Assembly (NCBI RefSeq): GCF_006345805.1
Contig: NC_042997.1
Location: 100,998,001-101,062,000, forward strand
Source of the DNA: Octopus sinensis
Taxonomy: Eukaryota
Direction of reading: 5' to 3'
Length of the DNA stretch: 64,000 nucleotides
Shown here: positions 39,308-52,140 of the stretch, piece after piece
Numbering within the stretch: position 1 is the first letter of the stretch
Layout: the number at the start of each line of letters is the position of its first letter
Notes under the pieces: generated by a model
The model's input: only the letters and a program-made list of their open reading frames with translations
Told to the model about the DNA's origin: nothing
The model's database searches: none
Position numbers and translations under genes: made by a program

Positions 39308-39940
39308 AGGCGGCGGGCTGGCAGAAACGTTAGCAAGCCGGGCGAAATGCGTAGCCGTATTTCGTCTGCCGTTACGTTCTGAGTTCAAATTCCGCCGAGG
39401 TCGACTTTACCTTTCATCCTTTCGGGGTTGATTAAATAAGTACCAGTTACGCACTGGGTCGATATAATCGACTTAATCCATTTGTCTGTCCTTGTTTGTC
39501 CTCTCTGTGTTTAGCCCCTTGTGGGTAGTAAAGAAATGGGTATTTTGTCTGCCGCTACGTTCTGAGTTCAAATTCCGCCGAGGTCGACTTTGCCTTTCAT
39601 CCTTTCGGGGTCGATAAATTAAGTACCAGTTGCGTACAGGGTTTGGATCTAATAGATAGCCCCTCCCCCAAAATTTCAGGCATTGTGACTGGAGTAGAAA
39701 ATAATATAGGTATAGAAGTAAGGCGGGGAGCCGGCAGAATCGCTAGCTCGCCGGGCAATATGCTTAGCGGCATTTTAGTCTACGTTATGTGCTGAGTTCA
39801 AGTTCCGCTGAGACTGACTTTGCCTTTCATCCTTTCAGGATCGATGAAACAAGTACCTATCAAGAACTGGTGTCGTAATAATTGACTAGTCTCCCCCCCC
39901 CCAAATTTCAGGCATGGACCTGTAGTTGAAAGGATTTTAT
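39308..39940 (+). mobile_element. SINE family A dimer inserted at the head of an older SINE
   Basis: Dimer at 39308-39712 flanked by TAGAAGTA (39300-39307 / 39713-39720); a second copy follows at 39721-39940. Confidence 0.88.
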
Positions 39941-41049
39941 AAAGACTAAATATAAAACTAAAATATTTAAGAAAATACCGATGAACGTCGAAAATACCGA
40001 TCTCGAAATGATAAAAGGCAAAGTCGACCTGGGCAGAATTTCAACTCGGAGCATAAAGACGGCACAGCAAAACATTCAGTGTATAACCAGAGTATCAGAT
40101 AATAGTACAAAATTGTTGTAAGCTAGTAAATATTACCAAACTTTCATTAGCAAATTCTCAGCCAGCGCAGGTAAATAATACTTTTATTGGTTGAGTTTGT
40201 ATGGAATATTATATTATTTACAAAGTTTTATAACCAACCTCTGTGTGCAACAGCTTACATTGTAGTGATGATATTGGGTTATTGGTGAGAGTATACTTCG
40301 TATGAAGAGATCTTCAAATCTAGTATAATAATCTAGTATAATATTAGTTTAGGTTTCTATTTATTATATGTTGTTATTATATGTTGCTGTTATAAAACTT
40401 TGGTAGGGTAATATTCGGTAGTACTACGTGTTGTAGTAAGAAATGACTCGATATATTACTCGCTACACCACAGCTCACTTGAAAAACTTATTTCTACCTA
40501 ACCTTCTAGCATAGTAGCGCATTCTCAGACATCTGCCAAATAAATCTAAATATATCAATTGGATGAAGATTACATGGTATGCTTTTGCCATTAAAAAAAA
40601 GAAAACTCTGAGATTAATTACTCAGAGACGCCATTCGCATGAAAAGTAAATGCAGAACATTAAAAAATCAACATCCAATTATGCATTAATGAAGGAGTCT
40701 CAGTGAATGATATCAGTTTAATCCTTTCGCTGTTGATTTTCAAGCGGATGGCGCCTGTTTGCTATTAACCCCAAAGATTTGTTTTCATAAATTTGTTAAT
40801 TTTTCCATGTACCGTTTGTTTAAAACAACGTAATCCTACTAAGAGATTCTTTCGCCTCTACTTCGACACGTACGGTGAAGTCTATGCTTCGTCACGGAGG
40901 TAGATTCAGTGAGCGGAATCTACCTTGCGTGCCTCCACTATTGCTAACAAGTGAACCTATGAGAGTGAATTGTGAATAAAAATCATTAGTTCGTCCTATG
41001 TCTGAAGAGAACCACATTTACACTATAATATAATCGGGTCATTTGAAAT

Positions 41050-41375
41050 CGCATGACTCAGTGGTTAGAGCGTTGGGCTCACAATCATGGAGGAGTGAGT
41101 TCGATTCCCGGACCGGGTTGTGTTGTGTTCTTGGGCAAGATACTTTATTTCACGTTGCTACAGCTCACTCAGCTGTAGAAATGAGCTGCGACGTCATTGG
41201 TGCCAAGCTGTATTGACCTTTGCTTTTCCCTTAGATAACATGGTTGGCACGGATAGGAGAGGCTGGTATGCATGGGCGACTGCTGGTCTTCCATAAACAA
41301 ATTTTCCCGAACTTGTACCTCGGAGGGTAACTTTCTAGGTGCAATCCCAAGGTCATTCATGACCGAAGGGAGTTC
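41050..41375 (+). mobile_element. tRNA-derived SINE, third family
   Basis: A box TGACTCAGTGGTTAG, B box GTTCGATTCC, TTCTTGGGCAAGATACTT core. Confidence 0.75.
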
Positions 41376-41544
41376 TTCTCTATAACCATGTCATGTTAAA
41401 GTTCATTCAATAGGTCTTAACTAGGCAGGTGTATGGTATATTTGGTGCAATGGGGAAATGAATAGTGCCTCAAAACAAGGTTAAACAACTACACATACAT
41501 GAGTATTATTATTTGGCGAACTTTAGGTTACTTATAATAGGTTT

Positions 41545-42115
41545 GTGACTTTTAAAGGCAAATTCACTGAAGTTATCGTGCAGAAAAAAGTTTCTCTCAG
41601 TAAAAGGTGTAAAACACCGCATCTACTCATTGTTACCCTTTATCGGATTCCCAGACGCAGCGTTTCCAGCTCTTTAGCCGTTATCAATGGGGAATGCCCA
41701 AGATACGGTGTTTTTACACCTTTTACCATAAGAAGGAATTTGCCTTTATTTGTTGACATTTGTTACAAAGATATTTTAACTAATTTAAAGTTTGCTTATG
41801 ACTAAACACTGCTTGATGATGATACTACTGAATGCCTTCCAACCTGTAGGTCCAGTAACGTGACTCAGTTAATGTTATTGATTGTGTTTTAGTTAAAGCT
41901 ACGGTTTTAAATCTGCACAGAGTTACCTCACTTCAGTATTTCCTATTGACAACGGTTAAAGAGCTAGAAAGGTTGTGTCTGGGAATCCATAGAGGGCAAC
42001 ACTGGGCAGATATGAGTAACTGCAGTGAATTTGCCTTTAAAATACGTCACATATTTCAACTCACCTAAAGTTCGCTTATACCCAAACACTGCTTGACGCA
42101 GATACTAATGACTTA
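41545..42115. repeat. Foldback-like structure with nested inverted and direct repeats
   Basis: Inverted repeats 41545-41575/42017-42050, 41645-41695/41938-41988 and 41602-41619/41706-41724. Direct repeat ~41738-41835/42029-42115. Confidence 0.8.
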
Positions 42116-42371
42116 TTATGGTTATGATTATGATTATCATCATTAATATTGTTATTATTAAGGTGGCAAAGCTGGAAGAATAGTTTGTACACCGAGCAGA
42201 ATGCTTAGCGGTATTTCGTCCCTCCTTACATTTTGAGTTAGAATTCCGCCGAGGTTTGGCTTTGCCTTTTATTCATCTGGGGTCGATTAAATAAGTAGCA
42301 ACTGAACATTGGTGTCGATGTAATCAACTTAATTCGACCGCCGAAATTGCTGGCCTTTGCTAAATTTTGAA

Positions 42372-42425
<54 letters not shown>

Positions 42426-43122
42426 GAGATAGAGAGTACCGCATGTCATCAAAGTGACACTGGGGCACAATTATACAAATTATACAAAGCCCAATATACA
42501 CATCGTGACTACCCGTCTGATAAGGGTACACCAGGCACATGCATCACAACCATATGTGCGCGACATGGTGATCTCATATCAAGATAAACAGCGCATAATC
42601 TTGCAGGTGGAACCCAGTTAGAATTTCCTTCAGGTCGAGTAGCCCATCCCGCTCAAAAGGTTCTTGAGTAAGGCTTGTTTAAAGATGATGAACGAAATAC
42701 ACCTGTTTCCAGAGATGAATTACTCAAACTCCAAATTCCTCTCAACACATGTTTATGATGTCACCGCGCTACTTCTGCTCGTTATCAGAGATGCACTTAT
42801 CGTCAGCCATTAAAAGACATGCTCAGCTGGTTAAGATCAAACAATTGACAAGCAAATCTATGGTATTGAGCAGAATATTGGCTGTAACCCATCTTTTATA
42901 CCTTTCTATAATAGGCACAAGACCTGAAAGTCGGTGGAGGAGGATAGTCGATTAAATCGACCCCAGTACTCAACAAGTACTTAATTTATCGACCCCAAAT
43001 TGATGAAAGGAAAATTTGAACTCAGAACATAGCGACTGGCGAAATACAACTAAGCATTTCATCCAACGTGTTAACAATTATGCCAGCTCGTTGCCTTAGC
43101 CATCTTTTATACCATGACAACG
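42426..43122 (-). mobile_element. TAA-associated passenger element interrupted by a SINE
   Basis: Homologous to 50173-50699. SINE at 42903-43099 with 14-bp TSD CCATCTTTTATACC (42889-42902 / 43100-43113). Flanked by (TAA)n and (TAG)n on the minus strand. Confidence 0.88.
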
Positions 43123-43137
43123 TATTATTATTGTTAA

Positions 43138-43198
<61 letters not shown>

Positions 43199-43222
43199 GT
43201 TATTATTATTGTTGTTATTATT

Positions 43223-46200
43223 ATATGCTTGACTTTTGCTTTGTATTTGTACAAGTTGGCTCCAAGTATCACCCAGAGACCTCAAGAGACAACAAGTTAG
43301 AAGTTCATGTTGGTGTTATGCCTAGGGTGTCATATATTTGGTTTTGCACATAGTATTGTTCTAGAGAATGTTTAAGAAAACATGAGAAAATTATGAGTTT
43401 GTTTTAAAACTTTTACGTAGTATTTTACGTAGGATATGGGCAGTTCCTATGAGCACTATCCTTTGAATTTCTGCCATTTTGGGGTTTCTTGGTATCTGAG
43501 CTAGGTAGCAATCATTCCTAGGGCACCTATGACAACAGGTATTGTTTTTGTCTTGAGGCTCCACATTTTACCAATTTCTATTTCAAGATCTTTATACTTG
43601 CTCAGTTTTTGGTAGGTTTTGACAGATACATTTATGGCGATTGGGACAGTCATATCAATGAGGAGGCATGATTTTTGTCCGAAGTCTTTTAATATTATGT
43701 CTGGCCTATTCGTATCTATCTTTCTGTCAGTTTCAATGGCGAAGTTCCAGAGGAGTGGGATGTAATCATTTTCAAGTATCGGAGGTGGTTTGTATTCCTA
43801 CCAGTTTTAATCATGGGGCAGGTCCAGGTTTTTGCAAATTACCCAGTGAATATATTGTTAATTCCAGTTGTAAAAGTTCACGGCCAACTTCTTTTCTTGG
43901 CAGGTAAAGTCGCTCTATATCTGCCTTAGGATTGTGCATTCTGCGCATTGTCAACAATTTTTGTACTTTTCTGTCAAGATTTCATATTTCAGTAATTGAC
44001 CAGTTAATGATATTGAAACTGTAAGTCACGACTGGTATGGCTAAAGTATTGATTGCTTCGATCCTGTTTCTTGCATTCAGCTCTGTCTTGAGTATTGTCC
44101 TTACTTTGCGATATCATTCTTTTCTGATCTGTTCCTTCATCACTGAATGTTTGATTCCTTCCCTTTCAAATACCCCTAGGTATTTGTAGCTCACCGCTGG
44201 ATCTAATTCTTTTATCACATTCTGCTGGTCAAGATTAACATTGGATGTTTCTGTCATTTTTCCTCTGATAAAGATAGCTTCTGTACATTTATCGAGGCCA
44301 AATTGCACCCTGCTCTGATCGCTGAATTGTTTAGCAATCGCTAGTAAGCCCTGTAGTTGTTGGTCAGTTTTTCCAAAGAGCTTTAAATCATCCGTGTAAA
44401 TGAGATAATTTATATTTTTATCAAATATTTTATAACCGTACTGAGCAATTTTGAGAGAGGTATGAAGGCTAGACAAAAGAGGCGAGGTGATAGGGAGTCA
44501 ACCTGGAAAATGCCATATGAAATTCTTACATCTCCCGCATTAAGAGATTCATTGTCATTGTTCAAAGTCAGTGTGGTTCTCCATGATCTCATACTTACAG
44601 ACAAGAAGTTTCGCAGTGTAGGTGCTATTTTATGAATATTCAGACATTTCTTAATCTAGCTATGTGGCAGACTATCAAAGGCATTTTTTTTAGTCCATCC
44701 AGGCTATCGACAAGTTCTTGTGTTGCTTGTGACAATTTTCCAAGATGATCTTATTAAAGAGTAGCTGATCTTTACAACCATAGGATCCACATTTACATCC
44801 TTTTTGCTCATTAGAGAAGATGCCACTTTCTATTAAAAAAAAACTATAGGAATTTTCAGTCAAGGCAGATGTTAGCATTTTATACATTGTTGTTAAGCTG
44901 GTTATGGGTCTATAATTTTTTGGTTCATTTCTTCAATTTGTGGAAGTAGAAATGTAACACCATTAACTAGCCAAGAGAAAATCATACTAGGTTGTTATAA
45001 AACATTGTTGTAAAGTTTTGTTATCAGTTCATGGCTCTCTGGGAAAGCATTCAACCAGCAGTTAGGAATTTTATCTTTTCCTGGAGACTTCCATTTGCTT
45101 GACTTCCTGAGAGCAGATCTTACATTCTCTTCTTGCTATCCTCCCACTATTCTATCAATCCAAGGGACGTTTTCATTGTGTGTTTTTTCTTCTGCCCGAA
45201 TTTTATTCCAAAATTCCCGCACTTCTTCTTTTGATGGACAGACTTTACTGTAACTGGTATTTTTCATATTTTCCTGTAAAATGTTCTTGGTTATTTTTGA
45301 ACATGTTGTTGTCTTCGCGCTTTTCATACCTTGCTATGCGGGCAGCTTTAGCACATACCTTTTGCTTGATGGTTTCTATGGTGGCATCGATGTCAAATAT
45401 AGTTTTCATATATTTTTTCTTTAATTTTCGGATTTTTGTCGGTTTCATAGTCTTGTCTAACTTAGGGTTTTTTAAATATTCTATGCTAGAGCTTAGTAGC
45501 TGAACTTGGTGTTGAATATGCTCTTGCCAAGTAGGCTTTTTGTGGGAATGTTGTCGTATTCTAACCTCTACACCATATAGAATCGTTGAGATTTTCGCCG
45601 ATGCATAGTACTGGTGGTTGAGATCAGTAATATAAATATCATTAGCTGAAATTATATCCTTAAGTGCAAGACGGATTTTACCAATTATTTTCCGGTTTTA
45701 GTTAGATTTGCAAATTTTTGAGAGAGTGTCATATTCATTCATACTGGTTTCTTTAATTTTCAGCCATTCATTCATGATTTGATTTTTTAGATCATCTGCT
45801 TCAGTTGGATCAATTTCTGTGTGACTTTTTTCATCTATTTGATTTTCTCCTGCCTTGGTGTTTATGGTTGGTACAGAGAATATTTCATTTTGCTTATCAG
45901 TTCCATTAACTCATTCAATCATTATTGTATTTTCATCAGCCCTGGGCTGGTCTATAATTATTTCCTCTGTAGTGTCTTCTTTAGCTGCAACTTCGTTCCT
46001 TTTATCCCTTACTGGTTGTTTAATTTGGTCAATCTCTAATTCAGTTATTAAATTCTTTTTCATAATGTTTCCACTGACGGAAAGTTTGTTACTGTCTATC
46101 TAGGGTCTTACTTCAAGGTGTTTCTGTCTCCAGTTTAAGTAGGTTTGTTCAGTATTAGATTTATTTGTAGGAAAATATATGGCATGATGGAAGGTATGAA

Positions 46201-46680
46201 CTTTTTATTATCTCCCCTAGATCATTTTTCATTCTTTATCTTGTGGTTGTTTGATGACGAGCATGGATGACCATCTTTTGGAATATTACGGTTGTGGGTT
46301 ATTTCCAGCTCCTGTGTTTCGGCAAGATTTGAACCAGTAGCTGATTTTTTCGCGTTGAATCTGGTTCATTATTCAACTATGCGATGCGGGTGACAACAAC
46401 TACGTGTTCCGGGTGACAACAAATTCGGTTTGTATTTTGCTTTGTTATCATTGAGGTGTGACGAGCTTGGACGTTGACATTAGGGGACGGATCTGTCTGT
46501 TTAGGGCTAACTTTTTGAGACAGCACCGCCTCTGAGTTCTCTGCACGTAAATGTTGCTCGTAACGTAGCTTTCTTAAGGCTAACAGATCTGTATTCGTCT
46601 GTATTTTTTTTGCTGATAGATTTATCTCTGGGCATAGTTTTTTGTGGTGCTTTTAAACTTATGAATTGTTCACTCTGTGT
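43223..46680 (-). mobile_element. Near full-length R4/Dong-like LINE, decayed
   Basis: Putative ATG at 46635. N-terminal EQTYLNWRQKH..IDSNKL, RT (QKGC, AWMD.KKAFDS, GIFQVDSLSP, YTDDLKL, YKYLG), RLE NRPDIIL and GTAHILRK. The CCHC region appears deleted near 43.78 kb. 3'UTR abuts (TAA)n at 43123-43222. Confidence 0.92.
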
Positions 46681-47166
46681 TAGTTCGAAAAATAAAAAAA
46701 GTTATTTTTTGTTTTTGCTTCGTTTCTGACACGTGTTTTTATATGCGTGTATGTGTGTCCTGTACATTTCCCGTAGTTGTGTAAACATTGGAATGTATGT
46801 GGAGTCCTATAGGTATTAAAATGTGTATATGATTCTGTAGACATTCGAGTGTATTCGTAATTACTCAATTTATGTACTTAATGTTTTGCTCCTTTATATT
46901 TCATACTTTGTAAACATTCCCGTGTTGATTTCGTGTGTGTGTTTTGCACATGTTTCACTGAGACATCGTGCATAGGAGAAGCTGTGCTTTGTATGGGAGT
47001 AAATTTCGTTTTTGTGATTACTTTCGTTAAAAGACTTCTTCCTTCAAGTCTCCTACAGGTTCCTTTATCCCATTCCACCGGTGTTATTAAATTAGATTTG
47101 CTTTTGAATGGAGAGCCCGGTGTAGCACATCCACGTTGTTATTCAGCGCGGAGCTCTCCTTCTGTT

Positions 47167-47168
<2 letters not shown>

Positions 47169-47234
<66 letters not shown>

Positions 47235-47581
47235 GTTATTATTATTATTATTATTATTATAGCACGCTGGCAGAATTGTTAGCGTGTCGGACAAAATATT
47301 TAGCTTTCTCTTTATGTTCTGAGCTCTGATCTTACCGAGGTCAACTTTGCCTTTCATCATTTCCGGATTGATATAATAAAGTACCAGTCAAATAATTGGG
47401 TCGATATATTTGACTAACATCTGCCACTAAACTAGTTGGCCTTTTGCTAAAATTTGAAACCTTTGTTTTTATGCTCGTACATGCTAATTTGCTTGGTAGG
47501 TTTGGTGATAACACTTCCAATGAGTTAAGATTAGAAGCCATGGGAGCCACTGCCTGGTACAGCATCAGGGCATTATTATTA

Positions 47582-47660
<79 letters not shown>

Positions 47661-47996
47661 GTTATTATTATTATTATTATTATTATAGCACGCTGGCAGA
47701 ATTGTTAGCGTGTCGGACAAAATATTTAGCTTTCTCTTTATGTTCTGAGCTCTGATCTTACCGAGGTCAACTTTGCCTTTCATCATTTCCGGATTGATAT
47801 AATAAAGTACCAGTCAAATAATTGGGTCGATATATTTGACTAACATCTGCCACTAAACTAGTTGGCCTTTTGCTAAAATTTGAAACCTTTGTTTTTATGC
47901 TCGTACATGCTAATTTGCTTGGTAGGTTTGGTGATAACACTTCCAATGAGTTAAGATTAGAAGCCATGGGAGCCACTGCCTGGTACAGCATCAGGG

Positions 47997-48057
<61 letters not shown>
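47169..48057. repeat. Tandem duplication, period 426 bp, bounded by (TAT)n tracts
   Basis: 47261-47573 and 47687-47999 appear identical, and the identity extends to the GTT interruption in the flanking tracts (47235 / 47661). Confidence 0.95.
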
Positions 48058-48059
<2 letters not shown>

Positions 48060-48109
48060 CATCATCATTATCATTATTATCATCATCATCATCATCATCA
48101 TCATGATTT

Positions 48110-48392
48110 AGTGAGAGAGCACCGCATGCCATCAAAGTGATACTAGAGTACAAATATACGAAGCCCAATATAGACATCTTGACCTCACGTCTGATACGCC
48201 AGGCACATGCATCACAACCATATGAGCTCGACATGGTGATCTCATATCAAGATAAATAGCTCATGACTTTGTAGGTGGGGCCCAGTTAGAGATTTCTACG
48301 GCTTGAGTAGCTCATCCCGCTCAAACTTTTCCTGTATAAGGGTTGTTTAATGATGATGAACGAAACACTCATGTTTCCAGAGGTGAATTATT
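48110..48392 (-). mobile_element. 5'-truncated TAA-associated passenger element
   Basis: Same 3' end (...CTCTCTCACT) followed by (TGA/TAA)n. Confidence 0.85.
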
Positions 48393-48789
48393 CCGTGTGC
48401 AGACAATTCGCCGACAGATAATTCGCCGACAGACAATTCGCCAATTGGACGATTGGCTGATTGGACAATAAGCCGACATGCAGAAGTCTATCATATATCG
48501 ACGTATTGTACGTAATTGGTAATAGAACAGGCCGTATCAGGGGGTTGAAGTGGCAAGGAAGAGCAAAAAGTACATTCGCCTTAAGGAAAGACTTAAAACC
48601 GTTGTTCTTAATTACGACGATGAAGCTGGGTTGGGATTTTTAAGGGCATGTGCCCATAATTGTATGTGTTATCTTTATTTCTATTTGTAAGACTAACAAA
48701 CCTTTTTGAGCTTTTTTCATATGTCAACCTTTTGTACGTAATATCTTTTATAAATAAATTGTTTTTATTTGTAAGTCTACCATGCTATC

Positions 48790-49400
48790 CATTCTTTTCA
48801 ATTATCTAATACTCTCTTGATTATTCTGGTCGTGTCAAGGAGGCAAACATTTTGTAACAGTTCTACTAGGCACTCTATTCCAATTTCCTTTATATCCCCC
48901 TTGATGCCTTAGTTTCCATATTAGCGGAAGGCATGTTATTGGTCTAAAGTTGGATGCAATATTTCCCTTTTCAGGATCCTTGGCACAAAACAATGTATTT
49001 CCCATTGTCATCTAGCTGGGTACTGCAAGCACTCATCTAGCTATTACGCTATCCTTTCATGGAGCCCTCTCAGCTTCTTCATCCAATAACCTTGGACCCC
49101 ATCCGGTTCTGGGCTCTCCAATTTGGGAATTTTTTTTATCATTTCTTTAGTTATTTTTATGTCTTCTTGTCCCTTTCTTAACTTATCTTGGATTTCATGC
49201 AGCCACTCCGCTTCATCATTATGCTCTACAGGTTGGTCCCAGATCCCTCTCTAGAATGCCCTGCTTTCTTCTGCTTCTGGTATTATTGTTACGTGTAGTT
49301 ACCCATCTAGTTCCTCAAACAGTTTCTTCTGATTTGCTTCAAACAATCTATTTTGCCTGAATTGTTTTGTTATATTGTCATATCTTTCTAGTTTTGCTTT
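48790..49400 (-). mobile_element. R4/Dong-like LINE fragment (pre-RT region)
   Basis: IKAKLERYDNITKQFRQNRLFEANQKKLFEELDG and a P.PD.VQGYW-like segment. Confidence 0.8.
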
Positions 49401-49479
49401 GATTGTTATTACTATTATTATTATTATTATTGTTGTTGTTGTTGTTGTTTTTGCTGTTGTTGTTATGTTTTCTTTGCTC

Positions 49480-50062
49480 AACTTCTAACGCTGGAAATGT
49501 ATTAGTGTTAGCCGTCCACTTACTAGTGAACTGAGATAACACCTCTTATTTTCCAAGTACCCTCCGGAGTATTCGAGCTGTTCCAGCAAGTGCTATTTTC
49601 TATACGTGCTCCATACGTATTGCAACCCCTATTTATTCAATGTACATTTAAAGAGATCTTTACTTACTGTTCTTAAGGCTCCGCTCTATTACTTGTATTA
49701 CTACAATCTTTTTTTAGTAACCACAACTGTTTAACATCGCAATCTAACATGTCATACCTATGGACTTCTCTTGCTTCTTCATTGCATACCTTGTGGTCAA
49801 CAGGATATGCTATATCTACGATCCAGTACTGCTGGCTTTCTTTCTCAATTATCACTATATCGATTTCTTATTCTCTATCTCATGGTCACACCGAATCATA
49901 AAGTCCCACAGGATCTTTGCACTATCATTTTCAATAATGCCTTTATATTCGTACCACTTTTCTGCTGTCTCAAATTTATACTTGTTGCAAAGTACCCAAT
50001 GTAATATACTTGCTATGTTGTCATGCTGCCTCTTATAATGTTTCTGTGCTAGTTAGTTGCAT
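49480..50062 (-). mobile_element. R4/Dong-like LINE 3' fragment (RLE)
   Basis: YKRQHDNIASILHWVLCNKY...KILWDFMIRCDHEIENKKSDIVII..IVDIAYP, followed by a (CAA/TAA)n tract. Confidence 0.85.
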
Positions 50063-50091
50063 TGACTGGTAATATGCCATACAGTTTCTCC

Positions 50092-50145
<54 letters not shown>

Positions 50146-50172
50146 ATAATAATTATTATTATTATTATTATT

Positions 50173-50697
50173 GAGTGAGAGAGCAGTGCATGCCATCAAA
50201 GTGACACTGGAGTAAAATATACGAAGCCCAGTATACCCACCATGACTACCCGTCTGATAAGGGTACACCGGGCACATGCATCACAACCATATGTGCGCGT
50301 CATGGTGATCTCATATCAAGATAAACAGCGCATGATCTTGCAGGTGGGGGCCAGTTAAAATTTTCTTCTGGTCAAGCAGCTATCCCGCTCAAATGGTCCC
50401 TGAATAAGGATTGTTTAAGGATGTTGAACGAACCACCCATGTTTCCAAAGGTGAATTATCCAAACCTCTAAGAATTCCTTTCAACACACGGCTATGATGC
50501 TCCCCCACTACGTCTGCTTGTGATCAGAGATGCACATATCGTCAGCCACTAAGGGACATGGTCAACTGGTTAAGCTCAAACAATTGACAAGCAAATCTGT
50601 GGTATTGAGCAGAATATTTGCTGTAGCCCATCTTTTATACCAAGGCAAAACAATGTACATAATAACACTTCCAATCAGGTACATGATGACACTTCCA

Positions 50698-50699
<2 letters not shown>
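50173..50699 (-). mobile_element. TAA-associated non-coding passenger element (best copy)
   Basis: Flanked on both sides by (TAA)n (50095-50172 and 50700-50748). No ORF. Confidence 0.88.
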
Positions 50700-50748
<49 letters not shown>

Positions 50749-50749
50749 G

Positions 50750-51200
50750 GTTTTTCCTGAAGGATGGGCCTATGCCCATATCCTTCGCAGGCCCTCAAAG
50801 ACCTGTGATATTGATGCGATTGACATTCCTCTTAAATAGTCGCAAGTCAAGATTACGGCTGCAGGGGAAAATGCCTGTATAGGGTGTGAATTAGAGAGGG
50901 TCCACAGAATGGGATGGAAGTGTTGGGCGTAGTAGTAAATAAGGAACCCGAGTGTTGTGGACAAAATATAGACGACAGTAAGAAAGGAGACGTGTGACTC
51001 AGTTGTACTTGACTGGAAGTGGCTTGTGAGCACCAGGTCATAGGAGCAGAAGTCACTGCAATTTCAGAACTCGAAAGAGGAGACAATATGTCTGCGGACT
51101 ACAGATTGGTGTGTGTTCGTGAGCAGCTCTACTCCAAGCAGTCGATTAGCGTTTTTCTACATAGTCTAGCCATTTTTGTGTGTAGCAGAATCACCATTCC
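50750..51200 (-). mobile_element. CR1/L2-group LINE 3' end
   Basis: KNANRLLGVELLTNTHQSVVRRHIVSS...NLDLRLFKRNVNRIN resembles the CR1/Crack RT C-terminus; ends at (TAA)n. Confidence 0.6.
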
Positions 51201-52140
51201 AAATGTGGAAGCAATTCACGATTTCGGGTATCATCTGATCTGTGTCTCATTGGTTGTATGTGCAAGAGGGAAGTAATGACAACATATAATGTGAACCAAA
51301 AATGAGAAAAGGCCTTTGCGACGGCCTACTGTGAGGCAAGTCACTAACCGCAATTAAGATCTCCGGTGAGATTCGAAATCTAAACTTATTTACAACGAAA
51401 ATGGCGAATGTTCTAGAACCTTCTGCTTGCATTTCGGCAGAAAAAAAAAAGAAACGCTTGTAGGGCTTTTGATATTAACCGGCATTTGATCACGGCCACC
51501 ACAAGAGGTAATTAGATGTGATGTTTGTCCGTAGGAGTATTACTTATCTATAGTATTGCTTATCTGCGTTGGCGGTTTAGAGCCTGCTATAATCGCTAAA
51601 TATAGTAATGGTGGCTAAGCCACTGATCTAAATTTAAACTGAGATGCTGTGAAATCGATTTTAAAGAGAGATATACTGTATGTGTCTCCACGCAGTGTGT
51701 TTGTTGTAAGACAAAACGAACGAAACCAATGGCTGACGAAACTGTGCGTCTGTTCATGTTATGTCTGTTGTGCACGTGACAAAATTATATAACAAAGCAA
51801 ATGAAACCAACTGAAATTCCAGTTCAAAAACTGTTCAAAGTTTGAAAAATGTTTTTGATTAATAATGATTAATAAAGAGTATAGAACAAGTGAAACGTAT
51901 GTATATATAAATATATTATAAAAAAACAACACATAAATTTTGTGAAATTCAGCTTCTCATGGTTTCTTAGCCGAAGTGTTCAATTTATTTCGTCATTTAT
52001 CAAGTTGGTGAACAAAAGCGTTTGATGTAATCGACGCTTGAATGAGAATGGGTATCTTAAAGGAAACATAGAGCATTCAAAGGGAGATAATTAACTGCCC
52101 AGAAAACGGGCTGTCAATTCGTTAATATGTGTGAATATTT

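Noticed and set aside
51398-51406. AAAATGGCG (YY1-like) promoter or start codon
   Set aside because: Single short motif; the ORF is only 20 codons; no supporting gene structure.
51715-51750. Hammerhead from CTGACGA/GAAAC
   Set aside because: No room for stems I and III in any permutation. The CTGATGA hits at ~24128 and ~17047 (minus strand) also fail to give closing stems.
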